Shown: piece after piece, positions 1 through 9,596 of the stretch
Numbering within the stretch: position 1 is the stretch's first letter
How the letters are laid out: every line of letters starts with the position of its first letter
Origin: an uncultured archaeon
Lineage (GTDB): Archaea > Asgardarchaeota > Jordiarchaeia > Jordiarchaeales > Jordiarchaeaceae
Length of the DNA stretch: 32,000 bases
Reading direction: 5' to 3'
Assembly: GCA_964510585.1 (NCBI GenBank)
Contig: CAZECW010000187.1
Span: 30,001 to 62,000, forward strand
Notes under the pieces: generated by a model
Seen by the model: the letters and a program-made list of their open reading frames with translations, nothing else
Told to the model about the DNA's origin: nothing
The model's database searches: none
Translations under genes and position numbers: made by a program

Positions 1-648
1 GTGCCCGCGATATCCATAATTCAAATATTAAAGTATGTTGGGCTTTTACCTCCATACTAGGCGCCAGTCTCAGAAGCTACCCAAATAATATATTACAGGC
101 TCAGAGACCCCCGGCCACCTAAAAACCTTCGGAACCCCTTTTTTGGATGCTTTTTGCATCCATCCAAATTTTAAACAAATTTCTGCTCCCTTACACATGA
201 AGATTTGGCTTCTTTCTGTTTTGATTACCAAAAAGAATTTTAATAAATCTGCTTTCCACATTGTGAAACCCTAAAATAGGAGGGGTAGAATTGGGGAAAT
301 CTGCATCAATTTTCTACATTTAAAAATTCTGTCCGAGCTTGAGAAACAAAATCTCCTACTCACCTAGAGTCTGAAGTTATAATGTTTTGGTTATAATATT
401 TTGGTAATACAAGTATCTTCTCAACATATTTTAGATATGTTCTATATTGTGTTCTTGTTGATACAAAAAATTACTATCCTTACCATCAAAAATTATTGAA
501 AGTTTAAAAAACAAGAGAATAAATTGCGAAAATCACAGAAAACCTTTTATTTCTTAAAACATTATTAGTTATCCAAGATAAAAAAAATCACTAAAATAGA
601 AACAACTTGTTGGGTAATGAATGGGTAATAGGAAAGGGAAGAAAAGCG

Positions 649-1134
649 ATGCTTGCTGAAATAGACGATCTGGATCGGAAAATACTAGCCATACTTCAAG
701 AAAACTCCCGAGTACCATTTACTCAAATAGCAAAAGAACTAGATGTACCCGATACAACAATACACTTCAGAGTCAAAAAACTCTTGGAGAACCAAGTCAT
801 TCGCCAGTTTACCATAGTGGTTTCAGCCGAAAAATTGGGATATGGTGCTTGCGCCTTGGTTCGAATAAACATTGGAGGCCACATAATTCCTGATATAAGT
901 GTGCAGAGAACAAAAGAAATCTCGGAAAAACTCAAAAAAATGAACCAAGTAAGATTCCTGGCAACTGGCGACCATGGAACTTCTCTTTACGCGGTTATAC
1001 TCGGACGTTCAAAGCAAGAATTGGAAAAGCTGCTATCTGAATTGCAATCCAATCCAGATGTCCAAGATTTAAATGTGTGGGATCTACAAAAGCTATTGAA
1101 GGGAGAGGAAATCATAAGTCCAATACCGCCATGA
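649..1134 (+). CDS. Lrp/AsnC family transcriptional regulator
   Basis: N-terminal IDDLDRKILAILQENSRVPFTQIAKELDVPDTTIHFRVKKL HTH plus C-terminal RAM domain. ATG 649 preferred to TTG 607 because the family motif starts there. Confidence 0.92.
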   Translation: MLAEIDDLDRKILAILQENSRVPFTQIAKELDVPDTTIHFRVKKLLENQVIRQFTIVVSAEKLGYGACALVRINIGGHIIPDISVQRTKEISEKLKKMNQVRFLATGDHGTSLYAVILGRSKQELEKLLSELQSNPDVQDLNVWDLQKLLKGEEIISPIPP

Positions 1135-1141
1135 AGGGTGA

Positions 1142-1876
1142 ATGGAAAAAATGATGGAAAGAATAAAATCTGGAATACCTGGACTGGATGGAATTCTGCA
1201 TGGAGGATTCGTAAAAGGAACAAACATCCTAGTTTCCGGGGGGGCAGGAACAGGAAAAACAATATGTTGTATGCAGTTCTTATATGCGGGAGCAGCCAAA
1301 TATGACCAGCCGGGAATATTCGTAACCCTGGAGGAAAAACCCCGCGAAATAAGGAGAGAGGCCAGCCAATTTGGATGGGATTTCGAAAAACTTGAACAAG
1401 AAAACAAACTAATAATAATAGACGCAGCATCAAGCAAAGCCGGACTACCCACAACGGAACCCTACACATTGAGACGGGGCTTTGACATCAGCACCCTCGC
1501 CCAAGAAATCTATAAAGCAACAAAACAAATAAACGCCCAAAGGATAGCTATAGATTCACTCAGCGGGCTAGGAATAAGATTCGAATCCCAAACTGCAATC
1601 AGAAACGCCATCTTCAAACTCGCATCACTACTAGGAGAACTACAAACCACCAGTCTCATGACTAGTGAAATAACTGGAAAATCCGGATATTCAAGATATG
1701 GGGTGGAGGAGTTCATAGCTCAAGGTATTATTGTTTTATACTTAAATGAGGAGAATGGTGAGCTACGCCGAAGCCTAGTAGTTCGTAAGTTACGTTTTTC
1801 AAGTCACAGCTTGAAAGTATATCCCATAGAAATTGGCAGTCGGGGCATTGTGATTATGCCGGGCGGCGAACTCTGA
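1142..1876 (+). CDS. KaiC/RAD55-like single-domain ATPase
   Basis: SGIPGLDGILHGG, Walker A GGAGTGKT, FVTLEE, Walker B RIAIDSLS, C-terminal VRKLR. Starts 7 nt after the lrp stop. Confidence 0.9.
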   Translation: MEKMMERIKSGIPGLDGILHGGFVKGTNILVSGGAGTGKTICCMQFLYAGAAKYDQPGIFVTLEEKPREIRREASQFGWDFEKLEQENKLIIIDAASSKAGLPTTEPYTLRRGFDISTLAQEIYKATKQINAQRIAIDSLSGLGIRFESQTAIRNAIFKLASLLGELQTTSLMTSEITGKSGYSRYGVEEFIAQGIIVLYLNEENGELRRSLVVRKLRFSSHSLKVYPIEIGSRGIVIMPGGEL

Positions 1877-2203
1877 TAACAAGTTTTACAGGTGTGTACT
1901 TGTTTACAGAGTTGGCTCGGGGTTTGTTCAGGTAACATAGATAAATTGTGTGTTAGCTAACCTTCCTTTGGTTTGTAGTTCTTCCCCCAATTCACTTAAT
2001 TTTGATAGATGTTTATCCTTCTCCAAACTAAATCTACTAGAGTCTTCCATTTTTATGTTAAAATTGTTATTTAGTCTTAGTAGTTTTTTAACATTTTTCA
2101 GGATGATAGTAATTTTTATTTATTTTTGATTTTATTGTTTTTTGATTTGCTGTGTTTAGTTGATTTTATTGAGTCGCTGATTTCGTTTTTTTGGGGTTTG
2201 AGT

Positions 2204-3304
2204 ATGATACTGGTTTTGAATGTTGGCTCTTCCACTATTAAATTCAGGGTTTTTAGAGGAGAAGTTGAAGTTGATGGTGGTTTGATTGATAGGATTGGAG
2301 ATAAGCCGGCTTTTGTCCGGGCTGGGGTTGAGAAACCGATTGATATAAGCACTCATGAAGAGGGTATCGAGTTTATTAAGGAATATTTGGTGGAGAGAAA
2401 TTTATTTATTGAGGCTATTGGTCATAGGGTGGTTCACGGTTTAGATATTTCGGAGAGTAAAGTGATTGATGAGAAGGTTTTGGAAAAAATTAGGATAGCG
2501 GCTCCATTAGCTCCTTTGCATAATCCTCCCCAGTTGGCGGTTATAAAGGCTTGTGAATCTTTTATGGTGCCTCAAATTGCCGTGTTTGACACATCTTTTC
2601 ATCAAACTTTGCCCGAGGCCGCTTACACCTATGCTCTTCCCAAAGAAATAATGGAGAAGTATTCTATTAGGAGATATGGTTTTCATGGGATATCCCACAT
2701 GTATGTTTCCCTTAACGAAGCGGGGAGAGTGGTTTCCTGTCATCTTGGTAATGGGGTATCGCTAGCAGCAATAAGGGATGGGAAATGCGTGGACACTAGT
2801 ATGGGTTTTACTCCTCTGGAAGGGCTGGTTATGGGTAGTAGGAGTGGAGATTTAGATCCAGGAATTTTACTTTTTCTTATGAGTAAAGGATTTACTTATC
2901 AAGAGCTTGATGATATGCTTAATAGGAGATCTGGGTTGCTGGGGCTGTCTGGAGAGAGTAACGATATAAGGGAGCTTATAAAGTCTAACAAGAAGGAGGC
3001 GAAACTGGCAATTGATGTTTTTGTCTATCGCTTGATAAAGTATATAGGCGCCTATGTTTCTGTTTTAGGCGGTCTGGACACGTTAATATTCACTGGGGGT
3101 ATTGGTGAGAATGAGTGGAGGATTAGGAAAAGGGTTGTGGAGGCTCTTTCCTATCTTGGAGCCGAGCTAAACGAAGAAGATAATATTTTAAACCGGGAAA
3201 TTATTTCAAGTAGGGGATCGAGGGTACTTGTTAAGGTTAAAAGGACTAACGAGGAGCTAATGATTGCTAGAGAGGTCTACAGGTTAATTGGGGGCTACCC
3301 CTAA
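2204..3304 (+). CDS. ackA: Acetate kinase
   Basis: LVLNVGSSTIKF, GHRVVHG, APLHNP, FDTSFH, RYGFHGISH, HLGNG, SMGFTPLEGLVMGSRSGD, FTGGIGEN, TNEE. ATG 2204 gives the canonical N-terminus; the track's 2126 extension is low-complexity. Confidence 0.96.
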   Translation: MILVLNVGSSTIKFRVFRGEVEVDGGLIDRIGDKPAFVRAGVEKPIDISTHEEGIEFIKEYLVERNLFIEAIGHRVVHGLDISESKVIDEKVLEKIRIAAPLAPLHNPPQLAVIKACESFMVPQIAVFDTSFHQTLPEAAYTYALPKEIMEKYSIRRYGFHGISHMYVSLNEAGRVVSCHLGNGVSLAAIRDGKCVDTSMGFTPLEGLVMGSRSGDLDPGILLFLMSKGFTYQELDDMLNRRSGLLGLSGESNDIRELIKSNKKEAKLAIDVFVYRLIKYIGAYVSVLGGLDTLIFTGGIGENEWRIRKRVVEALSYLGAELNEEDNILNREIISSRGSRVLVKVKRTNEELMIAREVYRLIGGYP

Positions 3305-3305
3305 T

Positions 3306-4061
3306 CTATATTAGCTCGTTTAGGAATATTAGTCGGTTTGTTGCGTTATACCTTTTCAGTAGATTTAATGGATATTCTATGTCTCCGATTCGGGTTTGGA
3401 TGTGTGCGTCTGACCCTATGGAGAGTTTTATGTCTTTTTCTTCGATTATCTTTTGGAATTTTTCATGTTTATAGTTATCTTTGGAAGTGTTTAATTCTAC
3501 AAAGAGCTGGGTTTCTAACAATTTTTCGATGACTTTTTCCAATTTGTCATCTTTTAAGTAGCGTACCTCCATGTGTGCTATACCAACTAGGCAAGAATCT
3601 GAGAGTATTTCTTTGAACTTTTTTATTTTTGATATGATTAGGATTGGATCTCTTGTTTCAATGGGATAGTAGCTGTAGGGGTCTGTGACATATTCGAATA
3701 AATAGTAGTCAAAGTTGTGGCTGGTCAGTGTCTCAATGGATTTATCTGATAGGAAATCGTAGGTTCTAGCGTCTACTTCCAGGGCCACTTTTATCCTGAT
3801 TCGACTTCTAAATTCTTCATCTAGGGCTCTAATTTCCTCGTAATAATCCGGCAGTCTTCGAGCAATTTTGGGGTTTTTCTCTGGGTCCATAGAAAAGTGG
3901 TCAGCTATACCTATTAACCGCATACCCTTTGATACTGCATACTCTGCAACTTCTCGGCAAGTGCAGATGCCATCTGACCATTTTGTATGGATATGAAAGT
4001 CAAAATTTGGTTTCAAAACCAATTTTATACCTTCTAGTTGCGTTGTGCTTCCTGCGTACAT
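3306..4061 (-). CDS. PHP-domain phosphoesterase (HisK/YcdX-like)
   Basis: DFHIHTKWSDG, IADH and GSDAH metal-binding motifs. True start may be a downstream TTG. Confidence 0.88.
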   Translation of the reverse strand: MYAGSTTQLEGIKLVLKPNFDFHIHTKWSDGICTCREVAEYAVSKGMRLIGIADHFSMDPEKNPKIARRLPDYYEEIRALDEEFRSRIRIKVALEVDARTYDFLSDKSIETLTSHNFDYYLFEYVTDPYSYYPIETRDPILIISKIKKFKEILSDSCLVGIAHMEVRYLKDDKLEKVIEKLLETQLFVELNTSKDNYKHEKFQKIIEEKDIKLSIGSDAHIQTRIGDIEYPLNLLKRYNATNRLIFLNELI

Positions 4062-4126
4062 CGCTAACTAGTATAGGGCGCCTACTAAAAGTTTACCATC
4101 TAATTATTAACATTTTGCATAATGAC

Positions 4127-4708
4127 TCAAACGTATAAATGCCAAGGAGTTCCTTGGCCTCTGGATGATGCGTTTTTGGAGGCTATCACCACTAGGTCCT
4201 CGCTGACCTCGTATGTTTCTTCTCCCCTTAACTGTGCTTCTTCTACTAATTTGACTAATTTTTTCTTATTCGATTTTTTCCTAAGTGTGGATAGAACCGC
4301 CAAGCCTCCATTTTCAATTATCCTTGCGATTTCCTTCACTGTTCTTTGTGGGTGCTCTACATTCTGAAGGATAGTTACTCCGAAAACCTTGTTGAAAGAC
4401 TGGTCTCGGAATGGGAGATTGTTCAAGTCGGCTCTTATAAAGTTTGAATTTCTAATTTTTTTCCTCGCAATTTCTATCATCCTCACGGAGAAATCTATTC
4501 CCACTACCCTGTGTTTTGAGGCGATTTTTTCTATGAGCATACCTGTCCCGCAACCAGCATCCAGAACTAGGTCTCCTTTATGTAGGGTTATTTTTGAGAG
4601 TATCGATTTGTATTTCTCTTCCTGAATTTCTCTGTATCTTTGGTCGTATATCCATGCTGTCTGATCATATAGACTCATCTTTTTTTTGGAGGGGTTTTGG
4701 TTCTTCAT
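4127..4708 (-). CDS. Class I SAM-dependent methyltransferase (UbiE/Methyltransf_11-like)
   Basis: VLDAGCGTG, GIDFS, ADLNNLPF..SF motifs; substrate unknown. Confidence 0.88.
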   Translation of the reverse strand: MKNQNPSKKKMSLYDQTAWIYDQRYREIQEEKYKSILSKITLHKGDLVLDAGCGTGMLIEKIASKHRVVGIDFSVRMIEIARKKIRNSNFIRADLNNLPFRDQSFNKVFGVTILQNVEHPQRTVKEIARIIENGGLAVLSTLRKKSNKKKLVKLVEEAQLRGEETYEVSEDLVVIASKNASSRGQGTPWHLYV

Positions 4709-4763
4709 GGCAAATTTCTTTTATTGTTACACACAGATAAATAATTGTTGATGGTGGTTTTAC

Positions 4764-5543
4764 ATGAATGTGCGACAACCCGTAGAATACCATTGTAATC
4801 CGGATTTCACAACTGGAGCTGGGGTAATTATAGATGCTCTCAAAAAAAATCGGACACTAATTATCATAGGTGAGTGTACTATAGAGTATCAGGGGCGTGC
4901 AAACTCTGAGTTAGGTTTAGGGGAGCGCATAGTGCTTATAAAGAAGGATGGAAGCTTTTTGGTTCACCGAGCTTGGGATTCTCAACCAGTAAATTGGCAG
5001 CCTCCAGGATGTATCTTTCAAACCAAATCCAGTAAAAAGGGTGTGCTTCTTAAGGCAATAAGAAAAAAACCAAGGGAATCCATTGGAATATTGTTCCCGA
5101 AACTTTTTATCATCCTCGTTTTGAATTTGAAGGACGAAGCAGAATTCATCATGTTTGGTAGCGAGGAAGACATGCAGAGGGCAATCCTAGCGAAGCCTGA
5201 TCTAATTGAGGAAGGTTTTAAGCCAATTCTAAAAGAAAAGGTGGTTGAGCAGGGATTCGTGGACGTATACGGTGTAGATAATCAGGGTAGAACTTTAGTG
5301 ATAGAGTTGAAGAGAAGAAAGGCCCAAGTTCAGGATGTGCTGCAACTATTAAAGTATCTGGAAGATATAAAAAGGAAAAGTGCTGGGCGTCCTGTGAGAG
5401 CAATGCTTGCCGCGCCCTCCATATCTAAAGAAGCGTCTTTAATGATTCAGGCGAAGGGCCTTGAATTCAAAACTCTGAGTCCTAAAACATGCGCTGAAGT
5501 TTTAAGATTAACCGCCTCGAAAAAAATAACCGAGTTCATGTGA
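4764..5543 (+). CDS. nucS: Endonuclease NucS/EndoMS
   Basis: CTIEYQGRA, IKKDGSFLVH, PVNWQPPG, GFVDVYG..IELKR nuclease motif. C-terminal SKKITEFM resembles a PCNA-interacting (PIP) box. Confidence 0.95.
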   Translation: MNVRQPVEYHCNPDFTTGAGVIIDALKKNRTLIIIGECTIEYQGRANSELGLGERIVLIKKDGSFLVHRAWDSQPVNWQPPGCIFQTKSSKKGVLLKAIRKKPRESIGILFPKLFIILVLNLKDEAEFIMFGSEEDMQRAILAKPDLIEEGFKPILKEKVVEQGFVDVYGVDNQGRTLVIELKRRKAQVQDVLQLLKYLEDIKRKSAGRPVRAMLAAPSISKEASLMIQAKGLEFKTLSPKTCAEVLRLTASKKITEFM

Positions 5544-5795
5544 AAAATGCGTTTAGTTTATATGAACTAGCTCAGAAATAAATTTGAATATCAACCACAT
5601 CTTTATATACTATATGTGATGTGAATATGTGGAAAAAGGGTTCACCCCTAAATTTAATGTTTACAGAATTAAAAGCACGTTTAAAATGCGAAACTGAACA
5701 TTTCAAAGAGGTAGAAGTTAAAACTTGCTTTTGCTAATATTTTACTCCTTGGTGGGTATGCCTAGAAGACTACATTGTTGGTAGGAGGAAAAAAT

Positions 5796-7538
5796 TTGGA
5801 ATCAAGACTTGAAGAAATATTGAATAGAATAGTTAAGTCGGGCAAAATTAGTCGTGAGGAGGCTTTGAGGCGCATTAATGAGAAAAAGAAGAAGATGGGT
5901 GGTTTGCTTACGGATGAGGGAGCTGCTCATCTTGTGGCGAAAGAATTAGGGTTAGACGTTTATGAGAATATTAGTTACAAGAAGCCAGCTCTCGAAATCA
6001 AGGACATTTCCTTGGATATGAGGAACGTAACAATTACTGGGGTGATTACTCGCATTTTTCCCGCCAAAGAATTTACTTCTAAAGATGGGAGAAAGGGCAA
6101 AATGGCCAGCATACTACTTTCTGATAAATCTGGGGAGCTTCGCTTGGTTTTGTGGGGTGAGCACGTAGAACAAATAGAAAAGGGTAAGATAAAGGAGGGG
6201 CAAATTGTTCGCGTGTTCTATGGCTACGTAAAAGAGGGGTTGAAGGGTAATCCCGAGATACATTTGGGGTACAGAGGAAGATTAGAGATAGAGCCTAAAG
6301 ACGTGAAGCCCAGTGATTATCCCAAACCAAAAACTGGGCTCATCAAAATAAGTGAAATTGAGCCAAATATGATAAGTGTAGACACTGTAGGCGTCATACA
6401 GAGGCTCTCACCCACATCAGAATTCACAAGACCAGACGGCAGTCATGGGAGAGTCTGTAATGCAACTATGGTAGATGAAAGCGGGGAAATAAGGGTTGTT
6501 TTTTGGGACGACCAAGTGGAGTTGGCTGAGAGGCTCAGTGAGGGGGACACAATTAAAGTTGAGGGTGGATACACCAAAGTTGGTCTAAGAGAAGCACCAG
6601 AGCTACACATTGGCAAATTAACAAGAGTGACTGTAAACCCCGACATTGAAGTAAAGGTTGAAATTAGCCCACAGCCTCAAGAAATATCCGCAAAAATCAA
6701 AGATTTGAAGCCTGATATGAGAAGCGTAAACATAGAAGGACGCGTAGTAAGTGTTTCCGATGTCCGAGAATTCACAAGAAAGGACGGATCAAGTGGTAGG
6801 ATGATTTCATTCACCATCGCGGATGACACCGCGGGAGTTAGAGTCGCCGCCTGGGGAGACCATGCTGAAACTCTTAGTGGAATCTCGGAGGGTGACACCC
6901 TAAAAATAAGGAGAGCATATACCCGCACTGGTTTACAAGGCGAGGTTGAAGTGCATCTGGGAAGATTTACTGAGGTGGAGTTGAACCCTGCTGAGATTGA
7001 AATTCCCGACGTTAAACTCGATGTTAAACCCAAAGCCACAAGTGTAACGAGAAAAAGCATATCCGAGCTGGAGAACAATCAGACAGTTGAAGTCAGAGCC
7101 ACCCTGGTCCAGCTTTACCAGAAAAAACCCGTTTATGAAGCCTGCCCTAAATGCGCCAAAAAAGTTGAAAAAGTAGACGAAGAATGGACGTGTAAGAATT
7201 GTGGGCCAGTAGAGGCTCCAGTAATCCGATACATGTTCAGCGGAGTCTTAGATGATGGCACCGGAGCCATTCGAGCAAACTTTATGGGAGATGCGGCTCA
7301 AAAATTGCTAAGCATGACTCCCGAAAAGGCGTATGAACTGATTAGAAAATCCAGCAACCAAATAGAACCCCTGAAACTGAAGGCGCCAGAGGTGGAGGGC
7401 AAAGAAATAGTAGCCACAGCAAGGGTTACATACAATGAATTTACCAAATTATTGGAACTAAACATAATAGACATTAGAGAACCAACCCCCGAGGAAGAAT
7501 CAAAAATACTTATGTCAAAACTTAATAAGAGAAAGTAG
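5796..7538 (+). CDS. rpa: Replication protein A large subunit (4 OB folds, Zn finger)
   Basis: N-terminal GGLLTDEGAAHLVAKELG; three internally repeated OB folds (EFT..DG..G / D.SGE.R.V.W); fourth OB fold with CPKC..CKNC. TTG 5796 lies 6 nt after GGAGGA. Confidence 0.93.
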   Translation: MESRLEEILNRIVKSGKISREEALRRINEKKKKMGGLLTDEGAAHLVAKELGLDVYENISYKKPALEIKDISLDMRNVTITGVITRIFPAKEFTSKDGRKGKMASILLSDKSGELRLVLWGEHVEQIEKGKIKEGQIVRVFYGYVKEGLKGNPEIHLGYRGRLEIEPKDVKPSDYPKPKTGLIKISEIEPNMISVDTVGVIQRLSPTSEFTRPDGSHGRVCNATMVDESGEIRVVFWDDQVELAERLSEGDTIKVEGGYTKVGLREAPELHIGKLTRVTVNPDIEVKVEISPQPQEISAKIKDLKPDMRSVNIEGRVVSVSDVREFTRKDGSSGRMISFTIADDTAGVRVAAWGDHAETLSGISEGDTLKIRRAYTRTGLQGEVEVHLGRFTEVELNPAEIEIPDVKLDVKPKATSVTRKSISELENNQTVEVRATLVQLYQKKPVYEACPKCAKKVEKVDEEWTCKNCGPVEAPVIRYMFSGVLDDGTGAIRANFMGDAAQKLLSMTPEKAYELIRKSSNQIEPLKLKAPEVEGKEIVATARVTYNEFTKLLELNIIDIREPTPEEESKILMSKLNKRK

Positions 7539-7742
7539 AAAACTTCCAAATAGAGAATCGCTAGTGGGAAAAAGCATTTAAACTGAAATCCAAATTTTAT
7601 CTTTTTCTACGCCCTCTAAGAGTGTGAGAGGAGAAAAGTATAAGTTCAACTCTACTTACTGTTACTGCGTAGAAGTGAATCTAATTCTTCTCCTGAAATT
7701 GAATAGAGAATGAAAATACTAAGTATCAATTTGGTGATATGT

Positions 7743-8357
7743 TTGGCGATATTCTTGGAAGGGAAATCGGAATGCCCTGTATGTGGAAAAAAGACACTTG
7801 AAAGTAGCTTTACGGACTTGAACATTCCCTACTTTAGTGAGATATATTTAGTGAGGTTTCAATGTTCTTCGTGTGGGTATAAGGTAAGTGACTTTTTAAG
7901 TACACGTTACGGGAAACCAATCAGATGTACTTATAAAGTCAAAAATGAGAAAGAACTAACAGCCCGGGTAATCCGGGCTACCACGGGAACCATAAAAATC
8001 CCCGAACTAGGCACCACAATCGAACCAGGTCCAGCCTCCGAAGCGTATGTAACCAATGTTGAGGGCGTCATTTCCCGAATATTAGAAGTTGCAGAAACCG
8101 CAAGGGAATGGGCTGAAACCGATGAACAGAAAAGAAACAGCGACATTGCCATAGAAAAAATAAAAAAGGCAAAAACAGGGGAAATGCCCTTCACTCTGAT
8201 ACTGGAGGATCCCTTCGGAAACAGTATGATAGTAGCTAAAAACCAGTCAGAAGTAAAAGTTAAAGAACTAACAGTAGAAGAATTGCGAGATCTCAGAACT
8301 GGAGGCTTAATATTCTTTACATCCAGCGACTCGAACGAATCCACACAAGAAGACTGA
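7743..8357 (+). CDS. ZPR1-related zinc-finger protein
   Basis: CPVC, IPYF, CSSCGYK, IPELG..IEPGP, TNVEGV, FTLILEDPFGNS. TTG 7743 follows GGTGA. Confidence 0.93.
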   Translation: MAIFLEGKSECPVCGKKTLESSFTDLNIPYFSEIYLVRFQCSSCGYKVSDFLSTRYGKPIRCTYKVKNEKELTARVIRATTGTIKIPELGTTIEPGPASEAYVTNVEGVISRILEVAETAREWAETDEQKRNSDIAIEKIKKAKTGEMPFTLILEDPFGNSMIVAKNQSEVKVKELTVEELRDLRTGGLIFFTSSDSNESTQED

Positions 8358-8417
8358 CCGCCAAAAATAATTAAAAGCCTTCCCCCAACCATTCAAGAAC
8401 ACAAATATCTCATTAAT

Positions 8418-8636
8418 TTAGAATGTTGGCAGCTTTGGAATATTTGCACCTGACTGCAAGGCATTTAGATACAGTGAAGCAATAATCACAATGATAAGAG
8501 CGACGCAGGCAATAACGACTATGCCTGGTCCAATTTTTGGTCCCGCAGTTTCTTCCTCGAAGAAACGAATGAGACCCGCGCCTGCAACTGGCATCGGGGC
8601 TGTATCTCTGGCTCTTCTTCTCTTAATTTTGGACAA
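8418..8636 (-). CDS. secG: Preprotein translocase subunit Sec61-beta/SecG
   Basis: Basic N-terminus, MP..GAGLIRFFEEE..GPKIGP, then one TM helix. TTG 8636 lies 6 nt after GGAGGA. Confidence 0.92.
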   Translation of the reverse strand: MSKIKRRRARDTAPMPVAGAGLIRFFEEETAGPKIGPGIVVIACVALIIVIIASLYLNALQSGANIPKLPTF

Positions 8637-8875
8637 TTCTTTTCCTCCTGTAGCTTTACTTTGCAACCTTTCATATAAAAATGTTTTCTAAAACCAGCTC
8701 TTGTGGAACAAATTATGAATTTTTAATTTACCCTTAATTTAAAAAACCAAAAATATGCAACAAAAACCCTAGAACCTTAAGCGTTGTGCTCTCCATTAGT
8801 TTATTTAGCCTTTTTAAAATTCGGTTTTAAAAAACAAATTTAAAATCTTTTTATTCTTGTAGAGGGTTTTGATTT

Positions 8876-9169
8876 TTAGAATGTGAATTGGCATTTGCAG
8901 GGGTTGCTATTACATCTGGGGCACTTTCCGGGGTATTTTGTTTGCACTGCTTCTTCCAAGTCTATGTTTAATACGTTAGCTAGGCTTGCTAGCCAAGCGA
9001 AAACATCTGCAAATTCCTCCTTGATTTTTTCTTTATCTTCGGTTCTTAGTACTCGTGCGAGTTCTCCGATTTCGCTTACCAGCCAAGCAAAATTACCGAG
9101 TTTCCCTCTTTTCTCATCATTTTTAAAGTAAAGGTCACGCATTAACTGTTGGAATTCCTTTATTTCCAT
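8876..9169 (-). CDS. MazG-like nucleotide pyrophosphohydrolase
   Basis: WLVSEIGELA, EEFADVFAWL.SLAN, C-terminal KYP..CPRC...PC.C. ATG 9169 follows GAGGTGA. Confidence 0.9.
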   Translation of the reverse strand: MEIKEFQQLMRDLYFKNDEKRGKLGNFAWLVSEIGELARVLRTEDKEKIKEEFADVFAWLASLANVLNIDLEEAVQTKYPGKCPRCNSNPCKCQFTF

Positions 9170-9596
9170 TAGGATCACCTCGCCTGTACAAGTAGGATTT
9201 CTATAATTGTGTGGTCAAACGGAAATTTATCCGCCGTCTATTACCAAGAATTTAAGTGCAGTACACTCATATCTGAATTCAACATTATGTTACTGCTATA
9301 ATTCCTTTTCTGGACGATTTATACCTTTGTTTAACGTTTTTGCCATTTCTCTAATTGGTTGGTAATGTTTTTTGGGGTGCTCAAGGTGCAAATAATTTAT
9401 AATAGTATGTGACTATATTTAAATTAGAAGTTCTACAAGTGTCATAGGGCGTCTCAAAAAGATTGGAAAAATCCGCGTCCAAATTCGCGCCTATTAAATA
9501 TATTTAAATTAAAAAGTAACAATTAAATAACTCAAAATAAAATCTGCTTTTAGTGGGAACACATAGGATAGGTGTGGCTCAATCAGATATGGAGGA

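Noticed and set aside
1-320. Open frame 1-60 (VPAISIIQILKYVGLLPPY*) as a gene 3' end, track ORF 70-261, and a 25-codon SD-led ORF from about 290
   Set aside because: Too short or featureless to support without the upstream sequence or homology searches.
1928-2050. 40-codon minus-strand ORF (MEDSSRFSLEKDKHL...) between the KaiC-like gene and ackA
   Set aside because: No SD or recognisable domain; cannot be told apart from chance or a gene remnant.
9179-9596. About 420-bp intergenic gap examined for tRNA, ncRNA or small ORF
   Set aside because: No cloverleaf or T-loop motif, no GC-rich stems and only very short ORFs; consistent with divergent promoters.
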